NCBI GenBank assembly: GCA_963700285.1
Contig: CAVOXA010000001.1
Location: forward strand, 1,568,001 to 1,632,000
Reading direction: 5' to 3'
Length of the DNA: 64,000 nt
Source of the DNA: an uncultured Chloroflexia bacterium
GTDB taxonomy: Bacteria; Chloroflexota; Anaerolineae; JAAYZQ01
Shown: piece after piece, positions 52,125 to 63,273 of the stretch
How positions within the stretch are numbered: the stretch's first letter is position 1
Layout: every line of letters starts with the position of its first letter
Translations under genes and position numbers: made by a program
The notes under the pieces: generated by a model
The model's input: only the letters and a program-made list of their open reading frames with translations
The model's database searches: none
What the model was told of the DNA's origin: nothing

Positions 52125-53245
52125 CTATGTCTGTGGCTCGGACGGACCTCGAGCCGAGGCTCCGCTGATGATTCCCCCGCCGAGTACCTCGTCATCCTGG
52201 TAGGCCACGACAGCCTGGCCGGGTGTGATGTCGCGCAGCGGGCTGTCGAATTCGACCCGGGCTTGCCCGTTGCCGGCCGGCGTCCAGGTCGCGCTGGCCA
52301 GGGTGGCCTTGTAGCGGATCTTGGCCTGGACCCGGACCGGCTCGGTCAGGCGGCGCGCCGCTCACATAGCTCACTTCTCTGGCGACCAGGGTCTGCTGGC
52401 CCAACTCCCGGCTGGGCCCGACGATGAGGGCATTGCGGGCGACGTCCAGGCGGATGACGTACAACGCTTCGGCGCGGCGATGCCCAGGCCCCGTCGCTGG
52501 CCGACGGTGTAGAAGGGCAGTCCCTGGTGCTGGCCAATTTCCTTGCCGGCGGTGTCGAGGATGGGCCCGGGCTGTACGGCCTCGGGAGCGCGCTGCCTGC
52601 AGGAAGCGACGGTAGTCGTCGTCGCTCACGAAGCAGATCTCCATGCTCTCATCCTTCTCGGCCACTGGCAGGCCCCGCTGGCGGGCCATCTCCCGGACCT
52701 GGGTCTTGGTGTAGCCGCCCACGGGGAATAGAACCTGTCGCAGCTCCTCCTGGCCCAGCATGTAGAGCACGTAGGATTGATCCTTCTGCCGGTCGGCGCC
52801 CATGCGCAGCCGGTGGCGACCGTTGACCTCGTCCACGCGGGCATAGTGCCCGGTGGCCAGGTAGCTCGGCTTCCAGGGCCTGGGCGTGGCGCAGCAGCCG
52901 GCCGAAGCGGATGTGGCGGTTGCAGGCCAGGCAGGGATTGGGCGTCCGGCCCCGGCTGTACTCGGCGACAAAATAGTCGACCACGCAGGCTTTGAACTCG
53001 GCCTCATAGTTGACCAGGTAGAAAGGGATGCCCAGATGCGCGGCCACGCGCCGGGCGTCCTCCACCGCCTCCGGGGCGCAGCAGCGGTTCTCTCCATCCC
53101 CTGAACCCAGGCTAGGCTCTTCGGCCCACAGGCGCATCATGACGCCAATGACCTCGTAGCCCTGCTCCACCAGTAGGGCGGCAGCCACAGAGCTATCCAC
53201 GCCGCCGCTCATGGCAACCACGACCCGCTTCGGATATGGCGTCAT
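52125..53245 (-). CDS. mnmA: tRNA 2-thiouridylase MnmA (indels)
   Basis: [48 protein letters not shown] and ITPGQAVV. Confidence 0.93.
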
Positions 53246-53251
53246 GCTAGC

Positions 53252-54189
53252 CTACCCGTCGCTCTGGTCAAAGAGCAGCCGCTCCAATTTCCTCAGGCGG
53301 GCCACGCCCTTAATTTCCTCAGCGAACAACGGGAGTTGGGTGATGGTCATCCGTTCGGCATAGTCACCGGCCAGTAGGTCCAGGTAGGGGCGCTGCATGG
53401 CTTGCCTTCGGACCAAGAAATCGGAATCGGGCTGGGAGATGACGTTGTTGACGATCAGGTGGTGGATTTCGAGACCAAACTGGGCGAATTCGCCCACCAG
53501 ACGGCGGGCCTGGTAGACCCCCAGCGCCTCGGGGATGGTCACCAGAATGAACTCGGTATTGGCCGGGTCGCGGAAAAAGTCGGCGATCTCTTGCGACAAC
53601 TCTCGCCAGCTATCGATCAGCTCCAGGAAGGGTACTCTGCTGAGCTGCAGCTTGTCGCGAACCCCCAGGTAGACGCGCGGCGCCGTGCGCAGGTGGCTGA
53701 GGAATTTGTAAGGCAGTTCCAGCAGTCGCAGCGTATCGCCTGCCGGCGCCGTGTCCCACACGACGAGATCGTAGCGCCCGTCGCGCACTTGCTCCAGGAT
53801 AAAGTCCAGCATAAACTCCTCCTGGATACCGGGGGCCAGGGCCACATAGTCGACCAGATCGTCGTAGGGCATGTCCACAAAGACCTGCGATGCCTCATAG
53901 ATCTGGGGGCCGAATTTGAGCTTCCAGCGGCGCATCACCTCGTCGGGATCGATCTCCAGGCCCCAGAGGTTGGGCACCATGGCGATCGGCTGTCTCGGTC
54001 GAGCCGATTTCGGTTTCAAAGATGTCTGACAGCGAGGGCGTCAGGTCGCTGGAGATGATCAGGGTCCGCTGGCCCTGCGGACGCAAAGTGAAGGGCGGTC
54101 GTGGCCGACGTAGTTGTCTTGCCCACGCCTCCCTTGCCGCCGAACATGAGTACGCGTTTGTGGCTCTGCTGCAGTGATATAAGTGACAT
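53252..54189 (-). CDS. Single-domain ArsA/GET3-family ATPase (5' indels)
   Basis: GGKGGVGKTT, EIDP, PGIQE, DTAPAG and VTIPE. Confidence 0.87.
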
Positions 54190-54439
54190 AATGCTCCGTG
54201 ATTGCTGAGGAGCCAGACCGGGTGATGGGTTAGTTGCTGTCGTGGCTGCCCTCAAGTCGATGTGCCGCCAGTATACCACAACTAGCATCTGGCGTAAAGC
54301 ACGGACCTGAAACGATAGAGTATCAATTTTGGTGGGAGTTCGAGTTGGTCCGGATACCGGGGCACAGCTTTAGGAGCTGGTTCAAGCAGTGCTCACCGAT
54401 GGCGCCAACAATCTGGCCCTCTCTGCGGTGGGTCTGGGG

Positions 54440-55591
54440 CTAGCCTGAGCCGGCAATCTCCCGAAGCGCGACCCAGCGGCCCTCCTCCGAGGAGCGTACC
54501 GCTGCCTCCATTGCCTTCTGCACGTGCAGGCCATCCGCCAGGCTGGGCGAAGGCTCCCGGCCCTCCGAGATAGCCTTCAGGAACTGGTATTGGCATTCGG
54601 CATGGCTCCGGACAAAACTGGGTGCCATGGACCAGTCTGGGCTCTTCTGGCCTTCGTACCGCTGTACCGTCTGCAACTTGCGAAAGCCGCGCATTCCGCC
54701 CATGGGCTTCTCGGTATCGCGCAGGTCATAGGCTTCCAGCCAACTGGGGTCGGCAGCGTTGAAGCGCAGGGCTCCCTTGGCGCCAAAGATCTCGATCTGC
54801 AGGTCGTTGGTCGCGCCGGTCCCCATCCGCGAGATCTCTACCAGGCCCAGGGCTCCCCCGGCCATGCGGACTTGCATCAGAGCGAGGTCGTCTACATCTA
54901 CGGGTGCTGTCTCTGCGGATCCGGCGGTGATGGGCCTCTCTTTGATCAAGGTTTCCAGGGATGCCTGTACTGCGCCAAACTCGCCCAGCAGGTAGTATAT
55001 GAGGTCCAGCACGTGGGCTCCGAGATCAAAGAGCGCCCCGCCCCCAGCCGTCTCTTTGCGCAGGCGCCAGGAGAGCGGCTTGTCAGGATTGACATAGCTG
55101 GAGCGATAATAGCGTCCGCGGAAGGAAAAGACACGTCCCAAAAAGCCCTCGTCCACCAGTTGCCTGGCGCGGGTAATGGCCGGGAAAAATCGGAAATTGA
55201 AGGTCATCTGGGTCCCTACGCCCGCTACCCTGGCAGCGGCGACCATGCGTTGACCTGCGGACACATCCATGGCCAGGGGCTTTTCGCAGTAAACGTGTTT
55301 GCCCGCCTGGGCGGCGGCGACGACAATCTCCTCATGTCTGTAGTTCGGCACGCAGCAATCGACGACGTCGACGTCGTCGCGGGCCAGCAGCTCGTGATAG
55401 TCTGCGGTCCATACGTCGCAGCCTATCTCCTGAGCCGCCTTTTCTGCCGTCTCTGGATGCGCGGTCGCCACGCCGGCGATCTTGATGGTGTTGGCGGGCA
55501 GACCATAGTGAAAGGGGATGGCGCGATAAGCCATCATGTGCACGCGTCCGATGCCGCCATAGCCAACCATGGCAATGCCGTGTTTCTTCAT
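54440..55591 (-). CDS. Gfo/Idh/MocA oxidoreductase
   Basis: GYGGIG, HVYCEKPLA and GGALFDLGAHVLD. Confidence 0.93.
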   Translation of the reverse strand: MKKHGIAMVGYGGIGRVHMMAYRAIPFHYGLPANTIKIAGVATAHPETAEKAAQEIGCDVWTADYHELLARDDVDVVDCCVPNYRHEEIVVAAAQAGKHVYCEKPLAMDVSAGQRMVAAARVAGVGTQMTFNFRFFPAITRARQLVDEGFLGRVFSFRGRYYRSSYVNPDKPLSWRLRKETAGGGALFDLGAHVLDLIYYLLGEFGAVQASLETLIKERPITAGSAETAPVDVDDLALMQVRMAGGALGLVEISRMGTGATNDLQIEIFGAKGALRFNAADPSWLEAYDLRDTEKPMGGMRGFRKLQTVQRYEGQKSPDWSMAPSFVRSHAECQYQFLKAISEGREPSPSLADGLHVQKAMEAAVRSSEEGRWVALREIAGSG

Positions 55592-55869
55592 CGTGATGGC
55601 TCCTTGGTGTCTCTGTGCTTCGACTGTGACTCGGGCAAGGCGCCTCACCCAACAGGCCCACAGCTAGCGGGATCGATTCTCCCTCGACATAACTGAAGGG
55701 GCGATTGGAGCTTTTGTGGTCTTGATCCAGTGCTGGTAGGGACCTAGTGTCTCCAGATGGGTTCAGCTTTTGACCGCATGTCTGACAGTCAATTGTACCG
55801 CAAGACGTAGCAAAATGCAAACATGGAAAAGACAGGCAGAACAAGAGCCACTAACTGCGGAAAGCCTTG

Positions 55870-55898
55870 TTGACATTTATGCAGAATGCTGCTATAAT
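55870..55898 (+). promoter_or_regulatory. Consensus sigma70 promoter
   Basis: TTGACA-N17-TATAAT with TG extension, about 175 nt upstream of the ATG at 56075. Confidence 0.8.
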
Positions 55899-56074
55899 CG
55901 GGTTAGTTAGCGGATACAAGGCATTAGGGCGTTCACGCGCATCGGTCTTGCATTCCTGAATGCGCCTCGTTCGCGGCGGTCCTGTCTCCCGGACCGTTAC
56001 GGTCTCTCCACTGAGTCATAAAAGTAGGCAGTGTCTATTGCCCATCCATACTTCAAAATCGGAGGAGGAGTGTC

Positions 56075-59000
56075 ATGAAAGCTCGACTGCGTGGACTGAT
56101 GGCGTTCGTTCTGATCATTGCTCTGCTGTTGACGATCATCCCCTCTGGGGCTGCGATCGGCGTGCCTCAGTCAGGCTCACCCATCGAACCTGCTGGAGGA
56201 CGAGTTACGCTGGCGGCGGGTGGGAATGAGGTCAGTCTGGTGGCGTCGGCTCTTGGTCCGCTGCCCCTGGGCTTTGAGCCCAACCGGGGGCAGTTCGACC
56301 CACGCGTGCGCTTTGCGGCGCGGCATGGAGGCGGTACATTTTTCTTCACCAGCCAGGGAATGGTGATGGTGTTCAACCGGCAAAAGGCCGGTGCGCCATC
56401 CATCATGGACCGTATCCAGGACTGGTGGAGGGGATTGCTTTTGGACGGTCCCGCGCAGCCGGAGCAGGGTATTGAGCAATTGGCCCTCATGGTGCGCTTT
56501 TCCGACGCTTTGCCCACGGCCCATCTGGAGGGAGTGGATCCCCTGCCGGGCACGGTGAACTATTTCATCGGCGACGATCCGGCTGCCTGGCGGGCTGGTG
56601 TGCCAACCTTTGGCAGCATTCTGTACCACAATCTGTACCCCCATATCGACCTGCGCTACCAAGCTTCCCAGGCGCAGTTGAAATACGAGTTTCTCCTGCA
56701 CCCTGGGGCAGAGGTGGACCGGATTGCCCTGGCTTACGATGGCGCAGAGCGCCTTCAGGTGAATGAAGCTGGGGACCTGGAGATCCATACCGCCTGGGGC
56801 ACGCTGATTGAGGACGCACCGGTGGCCTGGCAGGAGGGAAGTCAGGGAGAGCGGGAACCGGTACCCGTGCGCTTTGCCCTCGAGCCAGGTGGCCAGGTTG
56901 GCTTTCAGGTCGGTGACTACGACCACGCACGAGGGTTGGTGATAGATCCTGCTCTGGACTATAGGCTGGCCGACTCCGAACCCACGCTAAAGTATAGCAC
57001 CTTTGTGGGTGGTAGTGGCTCAGAGTCTGGCTACATGCTGGCGTTTGACGGCGCCGAAAACTCCATAGTCACAGGTCGGGTGGATTCCTCCAACTTTCCC
57101 ACCACCAGCGGCGCCTACGACCAGGGACACGGTGGCGACTTTGACGCTTTTGTCTTCAAACTGAGCGCCGATGGCAGCACGCTGTTGTGGAGTACCTATG
57201 TGGGCGGCAGTGGTCTGGACCGCGGCACAGGCCTGGCGCTGGATGGGTCGGGGAACGTATACGTCGTTGGCGATGCCAATTCGTCAAACTTTCCGACAAC
57301 CTCGGGAGCCTATGACCAGAACCACAACGGGGGTTCCGACATCTTTGTCTTCAAGTTGTCATCGAATGGTGGCTCGCTTGTGAATAGCACCTTCGTTGGA
57401 GGCAGCGGCGACGAGGAGACCTGGGGCATTGCTCTGGATAGTGCCGGCAAGCCTGTAGTTGCGGGTCAAAGCGACGCCTCCAACTTTCCCACCACCGGCG
57501 GGGGCTATGACCGTGGGCACAATGGAGGGATCGACGTCGTGGTCTTCAGACTGTCCTCCAACCTGGGATCCCTGGAGTTCAGCACCTACATCGGGGGAAG
57601 TCAGGATGACAAAAGCAAGGGCATTGTGCTGGATGGCAGCGACAGGGCCGTGATCACGGGCGGGACCCTGTCGTCGAACTTTCCAACGACCGCGGGCGCC
57701 TATGACCAGGGACATAACGGAGGTGAAGACATCTTTGTCCTGAAACTGGCTGCAAATGGTGACGCTTTGGTATATGGTACCTACCTCGGAGGGAGCGGCG
57801 ATGACGGAGGCTGGTCACCGATTCTCGATGCCCAAGGACAGCCCATCGTCACCGGGAATACCTACTCGTCGGATCTGCCCACGAAATCTGCCTACGACAG
57901 CGGCTACAACGGTGACGAGGATGCGCTGCTGGCAAAGCTGACCGCCGATGGCGGCGACCTGATCTTCTGCACCTATTTGGGTGGCTCCGATCGCGAGATC
58001 GGGCACAAGCCGGCTGTAGACGGCGCCGGGAACGTACTGCTCACCGGCCGAACGGCCTCTGCGGACTATCCTACCACCTCTGATGCCCTCGACCGCACGC
58101 ATGGCGGAGACAAGGATGTCTTTGTCGCCAGGTTCTCAGCCGACGGGAAGGAGCTACAGTACAGTACCTACATCGGTGGTAGTGGAGCGGAAACCGGTAG
58201 ATGGCTGAAGGTGGTTGATGAGACTGATGTGGTGATTGCCGGCTCGGCCGGATCCTCAACCTTCCCGACCACCAGCGGGGCCTATGACACCGGATACAAC
58301 GGGGACTTGGACGTCTTTGTGTTGCGCTTCAAGGATCTGGCTGAAACGGGTTCAACCGAACCGGGTGAGAATGTAACAGACCCGAGCGGCAAGGTCACGC
58401 TGGTGCTCGAGGGCAAGCAGGTCACGATGCGCCCCTTCGATCCCCAGGTGCCTGGCCTCCCCCTCAAAGGCGTCAAGGTCACAGCAGATGAATACAAGTC
58501 TCACGTACTAGTCCATTGGCAGGAAAACTGTGAGGAAAGCTCGCGTGGGCTCTTTAGGCCAGTGGTGGAATATCTCAAGAAACCGCTCCTGCGCAACACC
58601 TATTCGAAGGCATTGGCGGGACTGGACCGGGTGCCCTACGTGGGTCTTGGACACCTGGCCTTTCTGCCCTCGATCCTGCGTGGTAGCAAGATTTTGCCAC
58701 TACCCTCGGGCTCAAAGTCTGACTGGTATGTGCCCGGTACTGAGATCAGCCCCAACCTGCTGGCCGAATATGGGGTCCCTGTGAAGTTACTGTCGGGTCG
58801 TGACTTTGCCGAGTATATGAGCAAGGAGCATGCCGGTGTCAAATCGGTCCTGCTTTTCCACGACAAGTCTGTCCCCTCGATTCTGGATGCGGACCTGAGG
58901 ATCTTTCAGGGTTCTGACAAGAATGTGCTTGCCGTTCTGGCCAGCCCCAAAGGGCAGACCTCCAAGGGTTCTGACCTGGTCGCCAGCAAGTTCCTGTCCT

Positions 59001-60106
59001 TGAATGCCTGCCAGGATATGGATCGCGAGGGGTTTGACAAGTTGTTGAATGCGGCGAAAGAAATCGTGGATGAAGACATTGATGACTGGGGTCAGAAATG
59101 CGTCCAAGTGCCCGACGTGCAGGGCAAAAGCTTGGATGATGCCAAGAGGCTCCTGACGCAGCAGGGGTTCTCTGTCAGTGCAAAGAAGGACTACTCGTCT
59201 TCTCCCAAGGATGAGGTCCTTGGCCAGGACGTGGGGCCCGAGAGCGCTTCCAAGTGCGCCGTGATCGGCCGCCCCATCGAGTTGGAGGTAAGCCTTGGTG
59301 CCGAGCCCAAAGAGTTCAAGATGTACGAGGCGCGTGTCAACGACGAGAACGGGAAGGCCAAGCAGGTCTTCGAAGCATGCGAGCCCGTCGAGCTGTGGAT
59401 AAATGCCAAGAACAGCACGGGAAGCCCGCTTGCCGTTAGCTACGATTGGGAGACCACTGCCCCCAATGGACAGGTGGTGGATTGGTTGTCCAAAGAGGAT
59501 GACAAATACACGGAACCTACGGGCCAGGTGCTCAGCCACAAGATCAGTAGCTGGATCCCTGCCCTGAGCGGCAAGTATACCTTTGTTGGTTCGGCTACCT
59601 TTCAGGAGAATGGAAGCAAGACCACGAAAGAAGATCAGGTGACTTTTGAGGTCGCTCCTTTCCCACCACACAACATACGGCTGCATGAAGCACTGACCTG
59701 CAAGCACGTCACGGATGACGGTGATCATTCCGGCGACACAAGTAACTTCAATACGAATGACGGGATCGTGTGGGCATGGAGCCACTGGGCAGAGGCCTCG
59801 GGAAAGCATACGGTGGCGTGGAAATGGTACCAACCGGATGGCTCGTTGTACCTCGCTAGCGATCTCGGCTGGGACGATATTTCCTGTGGCTACCTGACCT
59901 GGGGCGGGATCTATATCCGTGGCAATCAGGCAGAGGACCACCCGGGCAGATGGCGCGTGGATATCTTCATGGATGGGAAAAAGGCCACATCACTCAACTT
60001 CAACATCAACCGGGCTGCCTCCAGCAGCGAGAAGCAGTCACCGGTGATAGGTGAGAAGGGTTCCGCTGGTGGGGTGGCCCCAACCCTAGATTGGGTTCTT
60101 CCTTGA
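56075..60106 (+). CDS. Secreted 1343-aa surface protein: SBBP-associated N-domain, seven SBBP-type repeats, PASTA-like domain, C-terminal beta domains
   Basis: Signal peptide; FEPNRGQ...NYFIG...KYEF...VIDP; 7 x (STY.GGSG...SSNFPTT.GAYD) units; VPDVQGKSLDDAKRLL...G. Confidence 0.85.
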   Translation: MKARLRGLMAFVLIIALLLTIIPSGAAIGVPQSGSPIEPAGGRVTLAAGGNEVSLVASALGPLPLGFEPNRGQFDPRVRFAARHGGGTFFFTSQGMVMVFNRQKAGAPSIMDRIQDWWRGLLLDGPAQPEQGIEQLALMVRFSDALPTAHLEGVDPLPGTVNYFIGDDPAAWRAGVPTFGSILYHNLYPHIDLRYQASQAQLKYEFLLHPGAEVDRIALAYDGAERLQVNEAGDLEIHTAWGTLIEDAPVAWQEGSQGEREPVPVRFALEPGGQVGFQVGDYDHARGLVIDPALDYRLADSEPTLKYSTFVGGSGSESGYMLAFDGAENSIVTGRVDSSNFPTTSGAYDQGHGGDFDAFVFKLSADGSTLLWSTYVGGSGLDRGTGLALDGSGNVYVVGDANSSNFPTTSGAYDQNHNGGSDIFVFKLSSNGGSLVNSTFVGGSGDEETWGIALDSAGKPVVAGQSDASNFPTTGGGYDRGHNGGIDVVVFRLSSNLGSLEFSTYIGGSQDDKSKGIVLDGSDRAVITGGTLSSNFPTTAGAYDQGHNGGEDIFVLKLAANGDALVYGTYLGGSGDDGGWSPILDAQGQPIVTGNTYSSDLPTKSAYDSGYNGDEDALLAKLTADGGDLIFCTYLGGSDREIGHKPAVDGAGNVLLTGRTASADYPTTSDALDRTHGGDKDVFVARFSADGKELQYSTYIGGSGAETGRWLKVVDETDVVIAGSAGSSTFPTTSGAYDTGYNGDLDVFVLRFKDLAETGSTEPGENVTDPSGKVTLVLEGKQVTMRPFDPQVPGLPLKGVKVTADEYKSHVLVHWQENCEESSRGLFRPVVEYLKKPLLRNTYSKALAGLDRVPYVGLGHLAFLPSILRGSKILPLPSGSKSDWYVPGTEISPNLLAEYGVPVKLLSGRDFAEYMSKEHAGVKSVLLFHDKSVPSILDADLRIFQGSDKNVLAVLASPKGQTSKGSDLVASKFLSLNACQDMDREGFDKLLNAAKEIVDEDIDDWGQKCVQVPDVQGKSLDDAKRLLTQQGFSVSAKKDYSSSPKDEVLGQDVGPESASKCAVIGRPIELEVSLGAEPKEFKMYEARVNDENGKAKQVFEACEPVELWINAKNSTGSPLAVSYDWETTAPNGQVVDWLSKEDDKYTEPTGQVLSHKISSWIPALSGKYTFVGSATFQENGSKTTKEDQVTFEVAPFPPHNIRLHEALTCKHVTDDGDHSGDTSNFNTNDGIVWAWSHWAEASGKHTVAWKWYQPDGSLYLASDLGWDDISCGYLTWGGIYIRGNQAEDHPGRWRVDIFMDGKKATSLNFNINRAASSSEKQSPVIGEKGSAGGVAPTLDWVLP

Positions 60107-60209
60107 TCCAGGAGTGGCAGCTCCACCGCGGCCATAGTTGACAGCGCGACACCGCCGGCGAACGTGCCTGGGCATCGCACCACAGCCAGCGAATCACTGA
60201 AGGCATCGA

Positions 60210-60240
60210 GAGGGGACAGGAGAGGATCCTGTCCCCTTTT
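60210..60240 (+). terminator. Intrinsic terminator
   Basis: AGGGGACAGGA-GAGGA-TCCTGTCCCCT followed by TTT. Confidence 0.8.
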
Positions 60241-60297
60241 GCTGTTGCCACTTGCGACTGGACTATCGGAGGATCTGGCTGAAGGTACAGAACGTCG

Positions 60298-61482
60298 TCA
60301 GGCGTCGTACAGCGGACTCATCCTGCGCAGCTTCTCGATGATGCCGGGCAGAATGTCCAGCACGTAGTCAACATCCTCGTCGGTATTCTCCTTGCCCAGG
60401 GTCAGGCGCAGGGAGCCGTGGGCTATCTCGTGCGGGAAGCCCATGGCGATGAGCACGTGCGATGGCTCCAGCGAGCCGCTGGTGCAGGCCGAGCCGCTGC
60501 TGGCAGCCACACCCATCAGGTCCAGGTTGAGCAGGATCGATTCACCCTCGACGTACTTGAACAGAAAGCTGGCGCTGTTGGGCAAACGCCGGGTGGGGTG
60601 GCCGGACAACTGGCAGTCGGGAATGCGCGCCAGCACACCGGCGACAAGCTTGTCGCGCAGCCGCGCGATGCGAGCATTGGCTGTTTCCGCTTCCTCGCAA
60701 GCCAGGCGCAGGGCGGTGGCCAGGCCCACGATGTAGGGCACGTTCTCCGTGCCGGCCCGCCGGTTGTGCTCGTGAGCCCCGCCCGTCTGCGCTGGCACCA
60801 GGGGAACTCCCCTCCGGGCATAGAGCACACCGACGCCCTTGGGGCCGTAGAACTTGTGCGCTGACAGAGACATCAGGTCCACGTTCAGGGCCTTGACGTC
60901 CAGGCCGAGTGTGCCTCCGGCCTGGACGGCGTCGGTGTGGAATGGAATTTTGTGAGCACGGGCGATCTCACCGATCTCAGCAATGGGCTCGATGGTGCCC
61001 ACTTCGTTGTTGGCGTACATGATGCTGATCAGGGCCGTGTCAGCGCGGATGGCTTGCTGGACGTCGGCCGGATCGACCAGGCCATGATGATCCACCGGAA
61101 CGTAGGTCACCTCAAAGCCAAAGTGTTTCTCCAACTGCTCCAGCGTGTGACCAATGGCGTGGTGCTCGATGGGCGAGGTGATGATGTGGTTCTTTTTGGT
61201 ACGGCGACGTCGCTCAAAGGCCACGCCGCGCAGCGCCAGATTGTCGCTCTCGGTGCCGCAACTGGTAAAGATCACCTCTCGGGGGCTGCAGTTCAGGATG
61301 CCGGCCACGGTCTGGCGCGCCTCGTCCATGGCGTGGTTGGCCTCGCGCCCCAGGGCATAGATGCTGGAAGCGTTGCCATACTTCTCGGTCCAGAAGGGCA
61401 GCATGGCCTCCACTACCCGTGGATCGACGGCGGTTGTGGCAGCATGGTCCAGGTAAACAGTAGGTCTCGGTCGTTGCTCCAT
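60298..61482 (-). CDS. iscS: Cysteine desulfurase (IscS/NifS type)
   Basis: YLDHAATT, HTDAVQ, SAHKFYGPKG and SSGSACTS. Confidence 0.95.
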   Translation of the reverse strand: MEQRPRPTVYLDHAATTAVDPRVVEAMLPFWTEKYGNASSIYALGREANHAMDEARQTVAGILNCSPREVIFTSCGTESDNLALRGVAFERRRRTKKNHIITSPIEHHAIGHTLEQLEKHFGFEVTYVPVDHHGLVDPADVQQAIRADTALISIMYANNEVGTIEPIAEIGEIARAHKIPFHTDAVQAGGTLGLDVKALNVDLMSLSAHKFYGPKGVGVLYARRGVPLVPAQTGGAHEHNRRAGTENVPYIVGLATALRLACEEAETANARIARLRDKLVAGVLARIPDCQLSGHPTRRLPNSASFLFKYVEGESILLNLDLMGVAASSGSACTSGSLEPSHVLIAMGFPHEIAHGSLRLTLGKENTDEDVDYVLDILPGIIEKLRRMSPLYDA

Positions 61483-61518
61483 GGTCTCCTCAGTCACTTC
61501 ATTGTGTTCTTCTATTGC

Positions 61519-62466
61519 TCAGGCAAACAGGCCCGTACTGAGATATCGCTCCCCGCCGTCCGGCAGCAGGACGACGACGACCTTGCCCTCGCCCAGGCGC
61601 TGTGCCACCTGGATCGCAGCCCAGGTAGCCGCACCCGAAGAGATCCCGGCAAGGATGCCCTCCTGGAGGGCCAGCAGACGGGCCATCGCCCCGGCGTCTT
61701 TATCCTGAACCTGTATCACCTCGTCGATGAGCGCTGTGTTCAGCACGTCGGGGACAAAGCCAGCACCGATGCCTTGGATCTTGTGCTTGCCCGGCGCGCC
61801 GCCCGATAGTACGGGCGACCCCGCTGGCTCTACGGCCACAATCTGGACACCAGGCAAGGCGTCCTTAAGGATCTCGCCCACGCCAGTGATGGTGCCGCCA
61901 GTTCCGACGCCGCCCACAAAGGCATCCAGGTGCTCGACCTGGCTCAGAATCTCGGCGGCAGTGGTGCGACGGTGTACCTCTGGATTGGCCGGGTTGGCGA
62001 ACTGGAGGGGCATAAAGTAGCCATATTCCTGGACTAGTTCCTCTGCTTTGGCGATGGCCCCTTTCATGCCCTGCTCGCCAGGCGTCACCACCAACTCGGC
62101 GCCGTAAGCTGCCAGCAAAGCCCTGCGCTCAGCCGACATCGTATCGGGCATGGTCAAGACGAGGCGGTAACCTTTGACCGCCGCCGTCATGGCCAGGCCA
62201 ATCCCGGTGTTCCCGCTCGTCGCCTCGACAATGGTTCCCCCGGGTGAGAGCTCGCCCGACTCTTCGGCAGCCTCGATCATGGACAGGGCGATGCGGTCTT
62301 TGACGCTGCCCCCTGGGTTGAATGCCTCCAGCTTGGCCCACACCAGCGCGGACCCGGCCGGTGGCAGGCGGTGCAGTCGCACCATCGGGGTGTTCCCGAC
62401 CAGGTCCAGGATTGTGTTCGCCTTCTGTGGGGCCACTTTCTGTGCCTTCGCAGTTTGATCTTTCAT
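61519..62466 (-). CDS. cysK: Cysteine synthase A
   Basis: [20 protein letters not shown] and HKIQGIG. Confidence 0.96.
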   Translation of the reverse strand: MKDQTAKAQKVAPQKANTILDLVGNTPMVRLHRLPPAGSALVWAKLEAFNPGGSVKDRIALSMIEAAEESGELSPGGTIVEATSGNTGIGLAMTAAVKGYRLVLTMPDTMSAERRALLAAYGAELVVTPGEQGMKGAIAKAEELVQEYGYFMPLQFANPANPEVHRRTTAAEILSQVEHLDAFVGGVGTGGTITGVGEILKDALPGVQIVAVEPAGSPVLSGGAPGKHKIQGIGAGFVPDVLNTALIDEVIQVQDKDAGAMARLLALQEGILAGISSGAATWAAIQVAQRLGEGKVVVVLLPDGGERYLSTGLFA

Positions 62467-63273
62467 ATTCTCTGTCTCTCCTCTTCTGCCGCCAGCCAGT
62501 AGCAGGCAACCGGTACCTCTTCGTCCCAGGCAACTGGGGTGATCTTGGTTTGCTGCCGGACTTGGTTCTCCAACAATTCAACCCGGTCCACCAGGCATTT
62601 CAGGGTCTCTACCACCGGGTCGGGCAGGCTGGCGTGATCCAGGATGTCCACTGGCGACTGTTGGAGTCGCTGGCCATTGATACGGGTGATGCGCCCCGGC
62701 ACTCCGATGACCGTCGCCCCAGGAGGCACCGGGGAGATCGACCACAGATCCGGAGCCAACTTTGGCCCCGTCCCCCACCGCAATGTTGCCCAGGACCACA
62801 GAGTGGGAGCCCAGGACGACACCGTTGCCTATCGTGGGATGGCGCTTTGTGCGTTCTGAAGAGGTGCCTCCCAAGATGACACCGGTGTACATGAGCACGT
62901 CATGGCCAATCTCGGTCGTCTCACCAATAACGACTCCTGCGCCGTGGTCAATGAAGAAACGGCGTCCAATGCGCGCCCCGGGATGGATCTCGATACCGGT
63001 GAAGAAGCGGTTGAAATGGGATACAAGACGCGCCACGGTCAGATGGTTTCGCCGCCAGAGCCCATGGGCCAGCCGGTGTAGCCAACTGGCGTGCAGGCCA
63101 GGATAGCAGGTCAGCACCTCAAGGAGGCTGCGGGCTGCCGGATCGTTGGCATATATCGTCCGTATGTCCTCGCGCAGGAGATTGCGCCAACGGTTTGGCC
63201 CTCCGCGACGCTCCCGGGCAGTGTACTTGTCATCACCCTTGTCCAAGCGTTGCATAGTCGACTCGCTCACCAC
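62463..63273 (-). CDS. cysE: Serine O-acetyltransferase (indel near 62740)
   Basis: NDPAA, YPGLHA, EIHPGA, FIDHG and KRHPTIG; [13 protein letters not shown] in a shifted frame. Confidence 0.93.

Noticed and set aside
53252-54189. Arsenic-resistance ArsA
   Set aside because: Single domain, no metalloid-binding Cys seen, and no arsB/acr3/arsD/arsR nearby.
56990-58330. CRISPR-like or mobile nucleotide repeats
   Set aside because: Degenerate ~190-bp coding repeats of propeller units, with no constant repeat/unique spacer pattern and no cas genes.
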